Under the pieces are notes generated by a model. The model was given only the letters and a program-made list of their open reading frames with translations, was not told where the DNA came from and did no database searches. Both the position numbers and the translations under genes were made by a program. DNA of 61,388 bases, counting the filler, from Sphacelaria rigidula (taxonomy: Eukaryota), in assembly GCA_964200075.2 (NCBI GenBank). It is 4 parts of 4 records of this genome, joined end to end, with 100 filler letters (N's around TTAATTAATTAA, not from the genome) between each part and the next. Parts side by side here need not be neighbours in the genome. Positions count along the whole stretch, not along the records: positions 46,120 to 61,388 come from CAXNAA020001831.1; 3 more parts are not named here. The stretch is one strand, 5' to 3'. Numbering within the stretch: the first letter of the stretch is position 1; every line of letters starts with the position of its first letter. Below, in pieces: positions 46,912 to 58,720 of this stretch.

Positions 46912-49900
46912 CTGCAGCTCCGCCCTTAGCTTCTTCACCTCCCACGCGTTCATGGCCGCAGTGTCCGCGTGCACCTCGTAGAAATCCTTCCGGAAGTCTT
47001 CATACTATCGGAATTTTATTGCGGTGTGTTTTAAAGAAGCAGCGGCGGCGATAGCGACAGCGACAGGGAGACACGGGACGTTCAAATGCGGAGATAGTAC
47101 AAAACTGGAAAATTGTGGCGTACTCTTTTAGGACTATCGTATCACGCCACGCGACGAAGTACGCATATATGAGCAGCAGTACCGCCGGTCTGATCCTCTG
47201 GCACACAATCGATTTCCCTGGAATATCACCACACCTACAGCTGGTGCAAGTTATTTTGGAACATGACACTATCCCATCTCATGTCCGTTGTTCTTCTCAC
47301 AACTACTTCCCGCCCCGACAACCAAGCCAAAAATGCACTCAACGCACCACTATCGTGGAGTGATCAATAGGCACCAACGCCTCGATTTTCTTCTTCTCCT
47401 CTGGCACTCGACCAATCGGGAATCCGTCCTTGTCAACCTGACCAGTCGGCTCATCATCGCTATCCTCCTGTTGGAAGGGGGCGTTTTGCATTAGCAAAAA
47501 AGTGGCGTGGATCGAAGGAGGTATATGGAGGGGGAGCAGGTCGGGTCTGAACACTCGCATCCTTAGTTATGTTACCCAGTGTACGGAGACATATCGATGC
47601 CTGGGCAACTACAGTAGTGGGCGGTTTAACTATTCAAGGGTGTTTTGGGGCTTTCCTCGCGTACTCCTTTTCGATAAAACTCAAAATTGCTAGCGTCGGT
47701 AGATGTTGGCTCAATGAACAGATTACCCTCGAAATACAGTGCCCAAGTCAGAGTTAGTTGGTGTTATCAAGCGATATGAGTAAATACTACGTTTATCAGG
47801 AGGGTGTTATTGACCGTGAAACACAGTTTTTCGGCTCCAGTGCAATGGATAGGTAGAATGTGAAAAAAAAAAACATTTCTTCACAAATATGAGCGGGACA
47901 GGCGCGATCGACTGCAAATATCGAAGAGTGAGAATCTGGGCGGAAACGTGGCAGGATCCCCGATGACCGATAAGCACGTAAGTCACTCAATATTTAGGAC
48001 ATGTGTGTGCGTTTTTCTTGGAATGTGGAGCGGATACAAATATCTTCAAACCCCAAATGTGGTGAGCGGTGGCAAGCGGAAAGAGCCTAAGAAAATTGCC
48101 AATTACAAAAAGTCACGAAATGCCACAAAATGATTAGTTCGACCGCCCACTACTGTAGTCGATATCACCCCTACATGGCACCAGCTGAAGATAGGGTGGG
48201 GATCAGAGGAATAAATGTTGAGAATTCCCCGCGGCGGGTCGTGCAAGTGCGTCCGGGCATGAAAGCTCAGATGAAAAGTGAAGTGATTCGATTCAAGCGA
48301 GGAAATGAGGTCGATTGTCGATTGGGTCGACTGTCGCGTACACCAGCCGCACGTTTTGCCACCGCTCTCATTCATTACCGAGTCATCCTACGGTAGGGGG
48401 GGAGTATTTTTGGTCACCTCTTGAACGAAATTCCAAGTCAAATCGTCCTTGAAAGGAGTAACGGTTGCTCGAACGAGATTGTTATAGATATATAACGCTC
48501 GTTCACACCGATTGACACCGTTTTGAACCAAATACAAGCGCAACGCGAGTGTGGCAGGTCGTCTGACACACTTTTGAGCCTCTTTTTTCGTGTAATCAAA
48601 TTGGGTCCATCTGCTTCCGCAGCCGCACCCCCCTTTTCCGCCCTTGTTTTTGCGGTCACCTCACCCCCCCCCCCCCCCCCCCCCCCCATCATAGGACGAC
48701 TCTACCGCAGTACGTGCATATATAGATACGTATCGTTCAAAACACACAATCCATCCGCCGTTGCAACACATCATGTCCAACTTGAGAGGGCGTGATTCTG
48801 AAGGTATCTTGTACCTTGTTGTCTACCCGTACCTCGTCGCTCCCGCCCGACTTGGCTTCTCCCTCTTCCTTGAGATGGCCGTCGCCTTGTTCTGCCTCGT
48901 CTAGAAAGTCTGGCTTGGGAGCTGTCTGTCCTATGGTCTTCGATTCCACCTGAATAGTGTAATACACACGTTGCGGCAACATCCACAACAGTGATATTTT
49001 ATTTTGAAAGCTCAACAAACGAGATGCTGGGAGTGAGGGTCCGGCGGATGAACAAGCTCAAGAGACCGATAGGTAGATTGACAGGAAGACAGATAGATAT
49101 TGTAGACAGACAGACGAATGGATACATAGATAGATGTATAGATTTATACATATATATAGAGAGAGAGATGGATAGATAATAAGAGAGAGAGACAGAGACG
49201 GGTAAGACACCGCCACGTAGATGTATCCGTCTCCAGGACAACAGTAACTCGCGGATTCGACAGTTTTGGCATCGTGACCGTCCACGTCTTTGCTGTAATT
49301 CTGGGCAAAAGCGGTCGTTTGCGTGTCTATGCAGCACTAAAGACGCTACAGCCTGCCTCTGCCATGCACTAGAACAAAAACGCCGACATCCATTCGCATG
49401 GTCAGTTTAATACATGACCGAGTTCGGGTTCCGTTGGCAACACATACGATAGAGATGCACAACCAAAACTCGAATAATTCCAACATCCCCCCCCCCCCCC
49501 GCAGAATCAAACGCGCACGGGTATCTAGCACGACGCTTGAAGAACAAAATGGGTGAGGGCAATGTAACGAAATAAAAGCACAACATGCACATACCTTCAC
49601 CGTCTGCTGTACGCCTGCCATGAAGGCATCTAAAGGGTCCACCTCATCTTGTGCTCCTGCATCCTTCGATGCGCTAACGGAAAACACACACACACACAAC
49701 ACGAGAAACATCAGAGGACGCACCGACACGGTATACCAACGATACGCGCCTCATTGGAGGGGGGCGGGGGCGTAAGGAGCAGGGGAAGTTCAAGAACCAC
49801 ATACATCCACGTGCACCGAGCCGCGTCCAAGCATTTAGCCTTGAAAATGAGAAGTCAATATGAAAATAAAATAAAAAATCGTTGAGGGGAAGTAGAGCGT

Positions 49901-52339
49901 CAGCTCCATGTAGGCCGGTATTACAGCCAGAGCCTATAACCGATTGAAACGAATCTGGCAAACAAATTCGGCTTCGGTCGGCGAGAAAATAGACAGGAGA
50001 TACTCCGCGAATGATGTGCAGTGTATATGACACCGCCGTGGAGGATGCAAACGAATCTCCACCATGAGCAAATCTCGTGCAGTCAGCCACCGAAAGGGGC
50101 ACTGGCGACGCGTCTACAACCAAATATCAGGCTGGTTTACGCTTATCACCCAACATTGTGTCATCAGCAAATGACTTTCGCAATACCTACCCAATAGTCG
50201 TACGCATAATATCATACTGACCGCCATGGACAGCTGAAGAGCGTGACATACGGATTTATGTTTAACGCCACTACTACGGCGTTAAGGGCGAAAAGGTACC
50301 TCAACCAATCAGCGCCCTTCAAATTGTTCTGAAATCGAAGACACGAATTCCAAGCTCAATTTTCACCCGATCTCCACCTGCTTCAAATCGTAGTAACCGT
50401 CATCAGCTCGGGAATCTAACCGGGAAAACAGATTAAGAACGGTTACTACGAGGTCGAATTATACCCAAGATCGTGCTGTTTTGGTGGTGTGGAGTTTTGG
50501 CGTCGTTTAATCTCCTATGATGATACGCACTAGAGACCCGGGGAGCCTCGTGACGGTTTCCCATATATGTAATAGAATAGCTCACATCGCCGTCAAACTA
50601 GGCAGTTCCGTGGGGATTGAAACTTATAATGGAGAAAAAGTGTATTTTTTTCAACGACATCAGAGTTTGTCCGGTCTCTGCCGGCTTCTGGGGGTCCCAG
50701 TGTGAAGACCCCCGGAAGGCGGTACAGAATGCCTAAAAAGAAAAAAAGCATGATACGTCCTGGTATAGTCCAAGGGGCATATGTGCAAAGATTGATCGAC
50801 AGACTCGAAAATCTCATGTACTCTTTCTCCCCTTGACGTTTGTTTCACCCAAAAAAACGTTTTCATACTCAAACCTAGTTGGGAGTTTGCACGTTTCAAG
50901 CTCATGTCATCGCATAAACGCACAATTTTCACGCCATTTTCAGGAGTTGAACCCTGAAACTTTGCAAAAATGTGCTATGGGTCATCACGCAACTTTCGAC
51001 GAACGACGTATTTTTCCACCTTTTTTTAAACCGTTTAATGGGGGTCCAACGGGATCCAAGTTCCTTCCGAAACCCTGGGACCCCCGAAGAACGATACAAC
51101 AGTAAAATCTTAGGAAAACGACTCGACCTTCGAAAGTTGCATCATGACCCATACCAAGATTGTGCAAAATTCTAGGGTCTACCTCCTACAGACGGCGTGA
51201 AGTTTTGTGGATGAGTGTTTTTAGGTTAATAAGTGTGAACCAGTCTGCATCGCAAGCACAATCAGTGTAGATACAAACAAAAAGACATACCCCACGAGAG
51301 CTGTAGACATTCCACATGACAACGCTGAACCTGCTACAGCCCAGTAGCTGGGAAAAAAAATGTTGATAGGACCTTCAACGCTACACCAACACGCCAGACG
51401 TGTAAGTTTTGTATCGCCAGTCATTCACGGTCGCCATCGATCTCGACATTATCTTGAGTTTTCCCGCAACCTCCTCCGCAGCCCCTGCTTTGCGGTAAAA
51501 AAATGCAATCGAAGAATGGTGCGGCAACGCTCTTACCCCGAGCTTGGTGCGTCTTCCTCGTCTGAATCGTCGAAGTAGCCCTTCATCTTGGCCGAACGGC
51601 CGCGGGCTTCAGCGATATAGCTGATTGGTGGGGGAAAGCGGATGAAGGAGGAAGAGACAGACGGCGAAGGCGGCTTAGTACGAGGGGTAAATATTGCCCT
51701 CTCGTGAATGGCGAACTCGAAAAACAAGCGCTGGTTGATGTCAAAAACAAGTAGGCTCTCAAGAGGCTGCCTGGAAAGTAGGCAGCCAACACCAAATGCC
51801 AGTGACGTGCATCTACAGAGCGCATGAATTTTATCGCACGATAACACTGTTCCGGTGTGTAGATCCCCCCTCCCCCCCCTCCCTAGGGAATAAAGTGTAG
51901 GTACGACAGTAATGAAATGAATCAAGGTTCAAGTCACAGTATCATGCGGAAGGGGGTTGATGAAGTCAACACCCCCCTCCCCGTCACCCCACCCCAACCT
52001 ACGAAAACAAGCGGCAAACATCTCCGGACCGTGTAGACAAGTACAGTGCCGAGCACAGTGCTGAGCATAGTGCATACAACTGCCGTACCTGCCCTGTACG
52101 GCCTCGACAGAGGCACCGGCCCCTTTCTGCGTCGGAACTCCGCCACCCGCGCGCGCAAACCTTGATTTCTTAGCCGGTCGGGCCGCACCGCCGCCGATCG
52201 TAGAGGCGGAGGCTGCGGCTGGGGTTGGGGTTGCGGAGGCGGGCGGTGGAGACGAGGAAGACGTAGATCCAGGGGTGTACGCCTCCTGAGTCCCAGCCTT
52301 GCGGAAGCTCATTGCGAACCGGTTACCTCCTTTCTTCAT
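46912..52339 (-). CDS. DDX42: DDX42 (SF3b125)/Prp5-like DEAD-box helicase, 5' six exons; helicase core lies beyond the gap
   Basis: Exons 52339-52089, 51620-51537, 49673-49595, 48949-48833 (or 48815), 47467-47348 and 47004-46912 join in frame. Family hallmarks: GYFDDSDEED, DEVDPLDAFMAGV, KKKIEALVPIDHSTIV-YEDFRKDFYEVH...LRAELQ. Confidence 0.8.
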
Positions 52340-53834
52340 CTTATTCTTTGATGTGATGTCCTGCTAGTTCGTATTGTCAACAACTTTCAACTCCGGACGG
52401 CGCAGAGCCGTGGCGGTAGTCGCGCGATAGTGGCAGCCGCTCTAGCACTGGTCTTGCTCTGTTTCAAAATGTTCACGACAGCTTAACCCTGTGCAAACCT
52501 CGTCGTGCACCTGCGCAATATATGAAAATTCCCGGGACGTCATCTCAGAGCAAGCAACCAACCACTCACATGTCGCGGTAATGCAATAAAAGCACATTTA
52601 GCTCTGTTTCGTACTATATGCCGGCTGCTGGGGATCGTGCAGTTAACTCAGCATGTGCACATCTGCACGGCAGTAAGCTGTGCTGTGAGCACAACGACAG
52701 CACAACAGTGCTAACTTGCGATGTTTCGTGAAACTCTGTGCACTACAATATTATAGGGCCAGCCGCAGCAATCACCTTAGAGCAGTCATGCGGTACCGAC
52801 AGCACTGAACTACAGCCAGCGATCACTGCGTGTGGTAAGCATGCTTGAAGAGCTCCTCGATGCATTGCACTGTCTTAACTGCACTGCTGTCCTGTACTGC
52901 TGTCTTCATGTACAAAGCGGCTCTTTCGGGCGGTTGCACTCGACTATCCCTACTCATAGTAGGGTACTCTATCAAGCCATCTTGGCGCCCGGCAGTAGCG
53001 CAATAGGATTGGATCAGCTTGGACGCTCTTCCTACTCTTCTTGTGAAATCAAGTACGATCATACACCAGCGTGATAAATACCTTGTCTCTGTGGCACGGC
53101 CGTCCGAAGGGTGTACCATTCACTCCACAGCAGAGAGCGTAACGAACAGCACCTCGCCTTTGGTACTACCTCTCTCCTATACAGTGCCTGTGAGGGGTAC
53201 ACCGGATAAATTAATACCCGCGGTCATAAGCGGTCTAACATGTACCGGTTCGATGTTTGACCATTATTGTGAGTTGTGACGTACTCGTCGACTAACCCTG
53301 ACGTCCTGTGCCTGTTCGTATCAAAACGAAATAGCCAAAGCTGACGTCCTGCGCAGGACGTACACGGCAAATGCCCAGACTACCATTTTGAGACAGATCA
53401 AAGGGAGGGTCTTTGCTGCTGTAATTTCGACCCGAGGACAAGTTGGAAAGTCTCCCTTTTTCGCAGCCAAAAATCTGTGTCGGACAATCTTACGCTGAAA
53501 TCACGCACCCTCGGTCGACGTTGAAGAATGCCCTAAGGCTGCGTCTTGTAGAGAAACGATTGCTGGACATCATCGGACCGAATCCATCGTTTTTCTTGAG
53601 GGACCACATGTGAAGTCTGCAGGAAGTGTGTGAGACGACGTGGACTGCGTTTGCGTCGCGGCTTCAAGTTTTGAACTGGGGGCATCTTCTTTTGTGCCTC
53701 ATACCATCATTTTCTCGACAGGGGACAGATTCGCCGACAGTCCTGCAAGGTGAAAGCACGTGGTGGGTGGAGTGTCGCTGATCTGCGTTTTGGTTTGGAT
53801 TTTTCTCATCAGCAGCATCACCCGTGAGTGACTG
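52340..53834. promoter_or_regulatory. Intergenic region between divergently transcribed genes (candidate bidirectional promoter)
   Basis: ATG 52339 (-) and ATG 53835 (+) face away from each other, ~1.5 kb apart. Positional inference only. Confidence 0.35.
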
Positions 53835-56800
53835 ATGGGGGGGCCGGAGTACCCAACGGAAGAGATTAGGCAGCATGGACTAGAACAAACGTTCCCAACC
53901 GAGGAGACCAGCTACCCTACCGAAGAATCTGGACACCACTCGCTGAGAGAAACTCGGATATCGTCAGTCGGGACAATTGAGAGTGGCTACCCCACCGAGG
54001 AGATAGGGTATCCAACTGAGGAGGAGCGACGCCGCGTATCCTCACCATGGCAGCGAAGATTGTCAAGATCCTTCAGCATAAGCAGTAGATCTGAAGAGAC
54101 GGGAAGAGATCCCATCGTCCACTGCAATTGTCTCGTCGAGGGGATACAGTTCTTCCCTGTCCAACTACGGGTGAGTGAACTTACGGTGGTAGCCTCCTGC
54201 TTTTGGGGTTGTGACATGGTCTGTTTACTCACGTCATATCGTCCCTGCATCTTGAGACCTCCTCGACTTGTTGTCGTTGTCGTTGTCTCGACTTGGTTCC
54301 TGTATATGATCATGTACATTGCATTTGCAGGGATCATGTGTGATGAACCACGGTACAAAAGTTATATACAGCACTTGCACATCAATGAACGAATAACCGC
54401 TGGTGCGTTTTGAACGCGAACGTTTCCGGCTTCTGATATGTGAGCTTCATGCTCTCGATCGGTCACGCCGCAGGGAAGCTGGTTGCTTCGTCGGGGGGGG
54501 GGGGCGTACTCATTTGTTGCCCGCTTTAGCAGTTTTGCTCTTAACAACACTTCTCTTTCGGTAAGGTGCANNNNNNNNNNGGGTGGGTTGCGTCGTGGGC
54601 GAGGGGGTTGTCTGGGCGGGGGGGGGGGGGCGTACTCATTTGTTGCTTGCCTTAGGCATTTGACCATTGACCACGCATCCCTTTCGAGACGGAGCACCTG
54701 CTTCGTCGGGGGGGAAGGTAATGAAGGGGGGCGAACCGCTTGAGCAGTTTTGATCTCAACATCACTTGTACACCAGTAATGTTCAACGGAACTGCAGTGG
54801 GTCAGGTGATGTTGGTTGCACGTGGTAGCTGGGATACGTGTGCCATTGGCCAAACGTGGCAGCGAACATCTTGCGTTGAGCCGGGTAGTTCACGGGTTGA
54901 CGAGAATAAATCCCCGCCCGAGTACGTGATTTAATCTTCGTGGTTAATGGAAATGCTACAGAGCTATGTTTTCAACGATCGCGCTTGTTTGGCGCAGCTA
55001 ACTAATCCAAAGCACAGTTTCATTTGATCGGATACATTGATGGCAAACGTTGTCGGCACTTACAATTTCACCATATTCCTGCGTATTTGTGTAACCCACA
55101 CAGAGCAGTTTCACTTCGATAAGCGGTCGACCTCCGTCGAGGGACCCTTCTTCGACCGTCAAGATATTGACCTGTGACAGCAAATCCAGTCTAGTCAGAC
55201 TAGGATAACCTAACGCTTTATTTTTTCTCATGATATGAGAGGTCTTGTTTGCACGCTTCTCTTGACGGACTCTTGGGGGAACTTGTTCATCTTTGGTTGG
55301 ACCGTGTTCGTCAGGGGCGTGAGTTTTTAACAACATTAAGGTTCAAGATTGTACTCGTTTATACTGCACGGCGAATTTCGCGCAGCTTGTGACGTCAGGC
55401 CATTACCCAGGTATAATGCAACTCTCAACGAGTGCAATATCATGATCCCCCAACGCGTTTTACAACCGCATACTACAATATTGTCTCTTTGTGTGCCCCT
55501 ACTTGTGTATTGGCGACTCGTAGTGATTCCCGACTTCGTCTGCTTACCCTCCCCCTACGCCCCCGCTCGACCAATTGTTTGCATTTCCCACCCCTCACAT
55601 GTTTATAGGGGAAGGGTCTTTTGGCCAAACTGTGGAACGTCCTCCCAGTGATCGAGCTGACGGTTGGAGATCAGGTGCAGAGGACCCGTCGGGTGAAGGA
55701 CAGGCAGTTAGCACGCGACCCTGATGTGTGGAAAGACGAGACTTTCGTTTTCAAGGCAAGCACATCGACTACTCCCACGATACAAGAGTACCTTTTCTCA
55801 GGATATATCAATCGGGTTCTGTAGAGGGGGCGACGACCACGGGGTTGTTTTTTGTGATGGAGTTGCGTACCTGAAAAAGCAGTGCAATTCCCTTTTCACG
55901 GAGTCAGCGCGAACTGCGTGGTCTGATGGTGGTTATACTGTACATGTCGACTGATCTTTGTGCACATCAATATTCTCCTACTGTAGAGTGCACGGACACT
56001 GTCCGAGACTTACGGGATGCGGATATAGCTCCCACTAATAGCGCATGATTTCGCGCGGACGTGGTATCACGGTGTGCCTTCTGCTCTCTTATCCCGTCAA
56101 ACGCAAATCACGCGTCACTACGTACTCTTGTTATCGCAAAACGATTGCCTGCATCGGTTCGGCAAGGACCCGCATACCGCAATGATACCTGTGTGCTCGC
56201 TGCGCAAAATTGCTTGGCGAAATCGCTCACCCGTAGGAACAAGCGGAAGGTTGCAGAATGTGAGGATCCTGTGGTGGTGATCTCGATGCTTTCGCCAAGC
56301 TGGCGTGCGCACACTCACCCACGGTTGCAAACGCTCAATACGGTTGCTAGCGGATGCCTCCGATCTTTACTGTTGCGCTGATTCCTGCACTGCATGTCCT
56401 ACGTACTTTCATGAATCACCCCATGAAGCAGATCTAGCAAGACCGATTCGAGACAAAAAAAAAACACTGTTGTGGACAAGAGGCATGTAATTTGTGCAGT
56501 CAGAAATGTGTTCGTGTTGACCAATAAGTTTCATGTTTTCCACTTGCAGGTCAACGGGTCTGTCGTGGATCTGACTGTAACATGCATCAGCGATTCAGGC
56601 CAGAGCAGTATGGACATCGTGCTTGGCGCTGCGAGGTTGAGCTTGGTTGTCCCAAAAGTGCAGGGACTCGAGTCTACACACGAACTCAGTCTGGTTCGCG
56701 ATTCGGGGAACATGGTGAGAACGCGACAGGAGTTCGGGGAGCGGGAGCGCTTGGTATTGGCGCGGTGGGAAGTGATAGTCTCGGTCGACGTCTTGACGAG

Positions 56801-58720
56801 AAACACTACAGTCAAGTCCCATATGACCCCGTCACCTGTGTTGCTTGAGTCCAGTGAAGTACCATCCATATATTCACTTACTGGTGAGTTCCTCCTAGAA
56901 CAATGTGGTGATCCACCCTAAGTTCTGCAAGCGCTGCGAGTATGCCATGAGCGTCGTGTTCCGCACCGGTGAATCTTCCGATGTGCTTGCAGCGTTTTTG
57001 TGCACGCATGGAACGACTGCGGGCAACATCCAGGGCATTTCCACGGCTACAAAAACTGAGCAGATGTATCGTAGCCCCTTCGAAACTCTAGCATGAGTCG
57101 ACCTTCTCCACGCTTTGTGCAGTAACATGCGTGGGCTGCGGCTTCGCTTCCACTCTAATCCATGACTCACGGGTGGTGCATACACTTGAATTCCTTCCAC
57201 CACCGTGATGACCCCCCGGGAACCCCCCTTCCCCCCCTCCCTTTCCCTGCGCGCGCCCCAACATTTGGTACGTATGGCTCGTGCGCAGGGCACTCCCGTT
57301 CTCGCAGGTACGCTGCACTTGAAGACAAAGTTTTTCAGCGATAAAGATAAGGCGGGGACCTCACTGGATCTGGCACCCTTGACTCCGATCATTAGTCGCT
57401 TGAAGCCGATCAAGAACGCGATGCGGCTAGCCCTCGAATCTCCGGTATGATGGGAGACAAATAGTTCGCAAATCATACTGGGTCACTTCGGCACAAGTAG
57501 GCTACGTGTCGCCTGTTTTCTCTGAACGATTTCTTTGTGTTTTTCTGGGTGATAACCCTCTGTCGCTCTGAGTGCGTGTATTTTTTATTTCTTCGGAATG
57601 CGGTATGGGGTTTCAGTTAAGGGTCATTACTTTCTTAGTTTGAGAGCATTTGAACGTGTGCGCGAGGTGGGACGGTACCATGTTATCTCGAAGGAGGTTT
57701 TAATCAAAATACAGACCAGCTGCTCCACACACAACCCAGACCGATGTGAGTACAAGTTTGATACCCGTAGCCTACTACAAAGAAGTAGACACAACAAGTC
57801 TTGGCCTGGTTGCCCCGAGAACACTGCATTTGTTTCCGCGTACACGCTCATGGAACTGCGCTGGTGATGTGGCACGCGGCTGAAGACATTGTCTTGGGTA
57901 GTATTTTCCCGGGCAAGCAGGCTAAGACTTATTGTGTTCTCGGGCGTCCTGGATAGCATTTTCGTGTTGCGGCTGCTACCCCCTCGTGCTCGCCTTAGCG
58001 GTCTAACTGCAGCGGCTGTGTGCGCCCAGAAGCTGGGGCAGCGCAATCAGCGTCCCACTTCGTGCTGCTGGAGTTCGCATGGTAGAGGGTTCCCCATATT
58101 GAAAAATTCGAGACAGGAACAATGGGTTGACGTCACTGATGCTCGATCCTTGCAGATACGCCCTGACCTCAGCGCTTCTCGTAGGTGCGATTTCCCACGA
58201 ATTTGGTCATGGCATTCAGAGACACCTTTCGTGCACTTTGCTGCCTCCCCCCCCCCACCTCCCCTCTCCGTTCCAGGCGATTTATACCCGCAGTCCAAGC
58301 AGTTCCAGCCTCGTCACTACCTCGACCCACACAGCTCCGATATCACCATGCTCCCCGGGCGATTCACAACTCACCAAAGGTTTTTGCACCAGCTCCCCCA
58401 AACGTCCAAGCAGAGCCAGCGTCGATACTCTCTGGCGCATGTTGTTGCCGCGGATGGACTGTTCGTGCTGGTGGAGCACAACTGTGTGCCTGGCGTTCTG
58501 TGCTGGAGTCACTGCCTACCTTTTGCTGGTCATCGCCTTGCCCAGTCCTGTCTCGCCCCCTGCTGCCACTATTCTACCCCATGGAATGAGTAGCAACTGT
58601 TTGTACGGGAGACTCACTCCGTTAGTATCGAGCGTACATGAGGTTGCCTGCGACACGTCGGCTACTCCCCACGAAGTGATGTACAGGTTTATCGTTAATG
58701 TTCTGGCTTTCGGCTCGTAG
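53835..58720 (+). CDS. ~415-aa protein: N-terminal (Y/F)PTEE repeats, C2-like domain, C-terminal transmembrane helix
   Basis: Phase-0 exons 53835-54170, 55609-55755 (GC donor AAG|GCAAGC), 56550-56714, 57289-57444 and 58277-58720. C2-like PVIELTVGDQVQRTRRVK..DPDVWKDETFVF..DIVLGAARL..GTLHLKTKF; hydrophobic TVCLAFCAGVTAYLLLVIAL. Confidence 0.72.
54617..54700 (+). repeat. Dispersed G-tract repeat (gggg-cgtactcatttgttgcttgccttag...gaccacgcatccctttcgag)
   Basis: Copies at ~46197-46265, 54493-54530 and 61300-61388; related accattgacctcg.atccctacaaagccgg at ~30620 and ~60797, and inverted at ~22245-22300. Confidence 0.7.
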
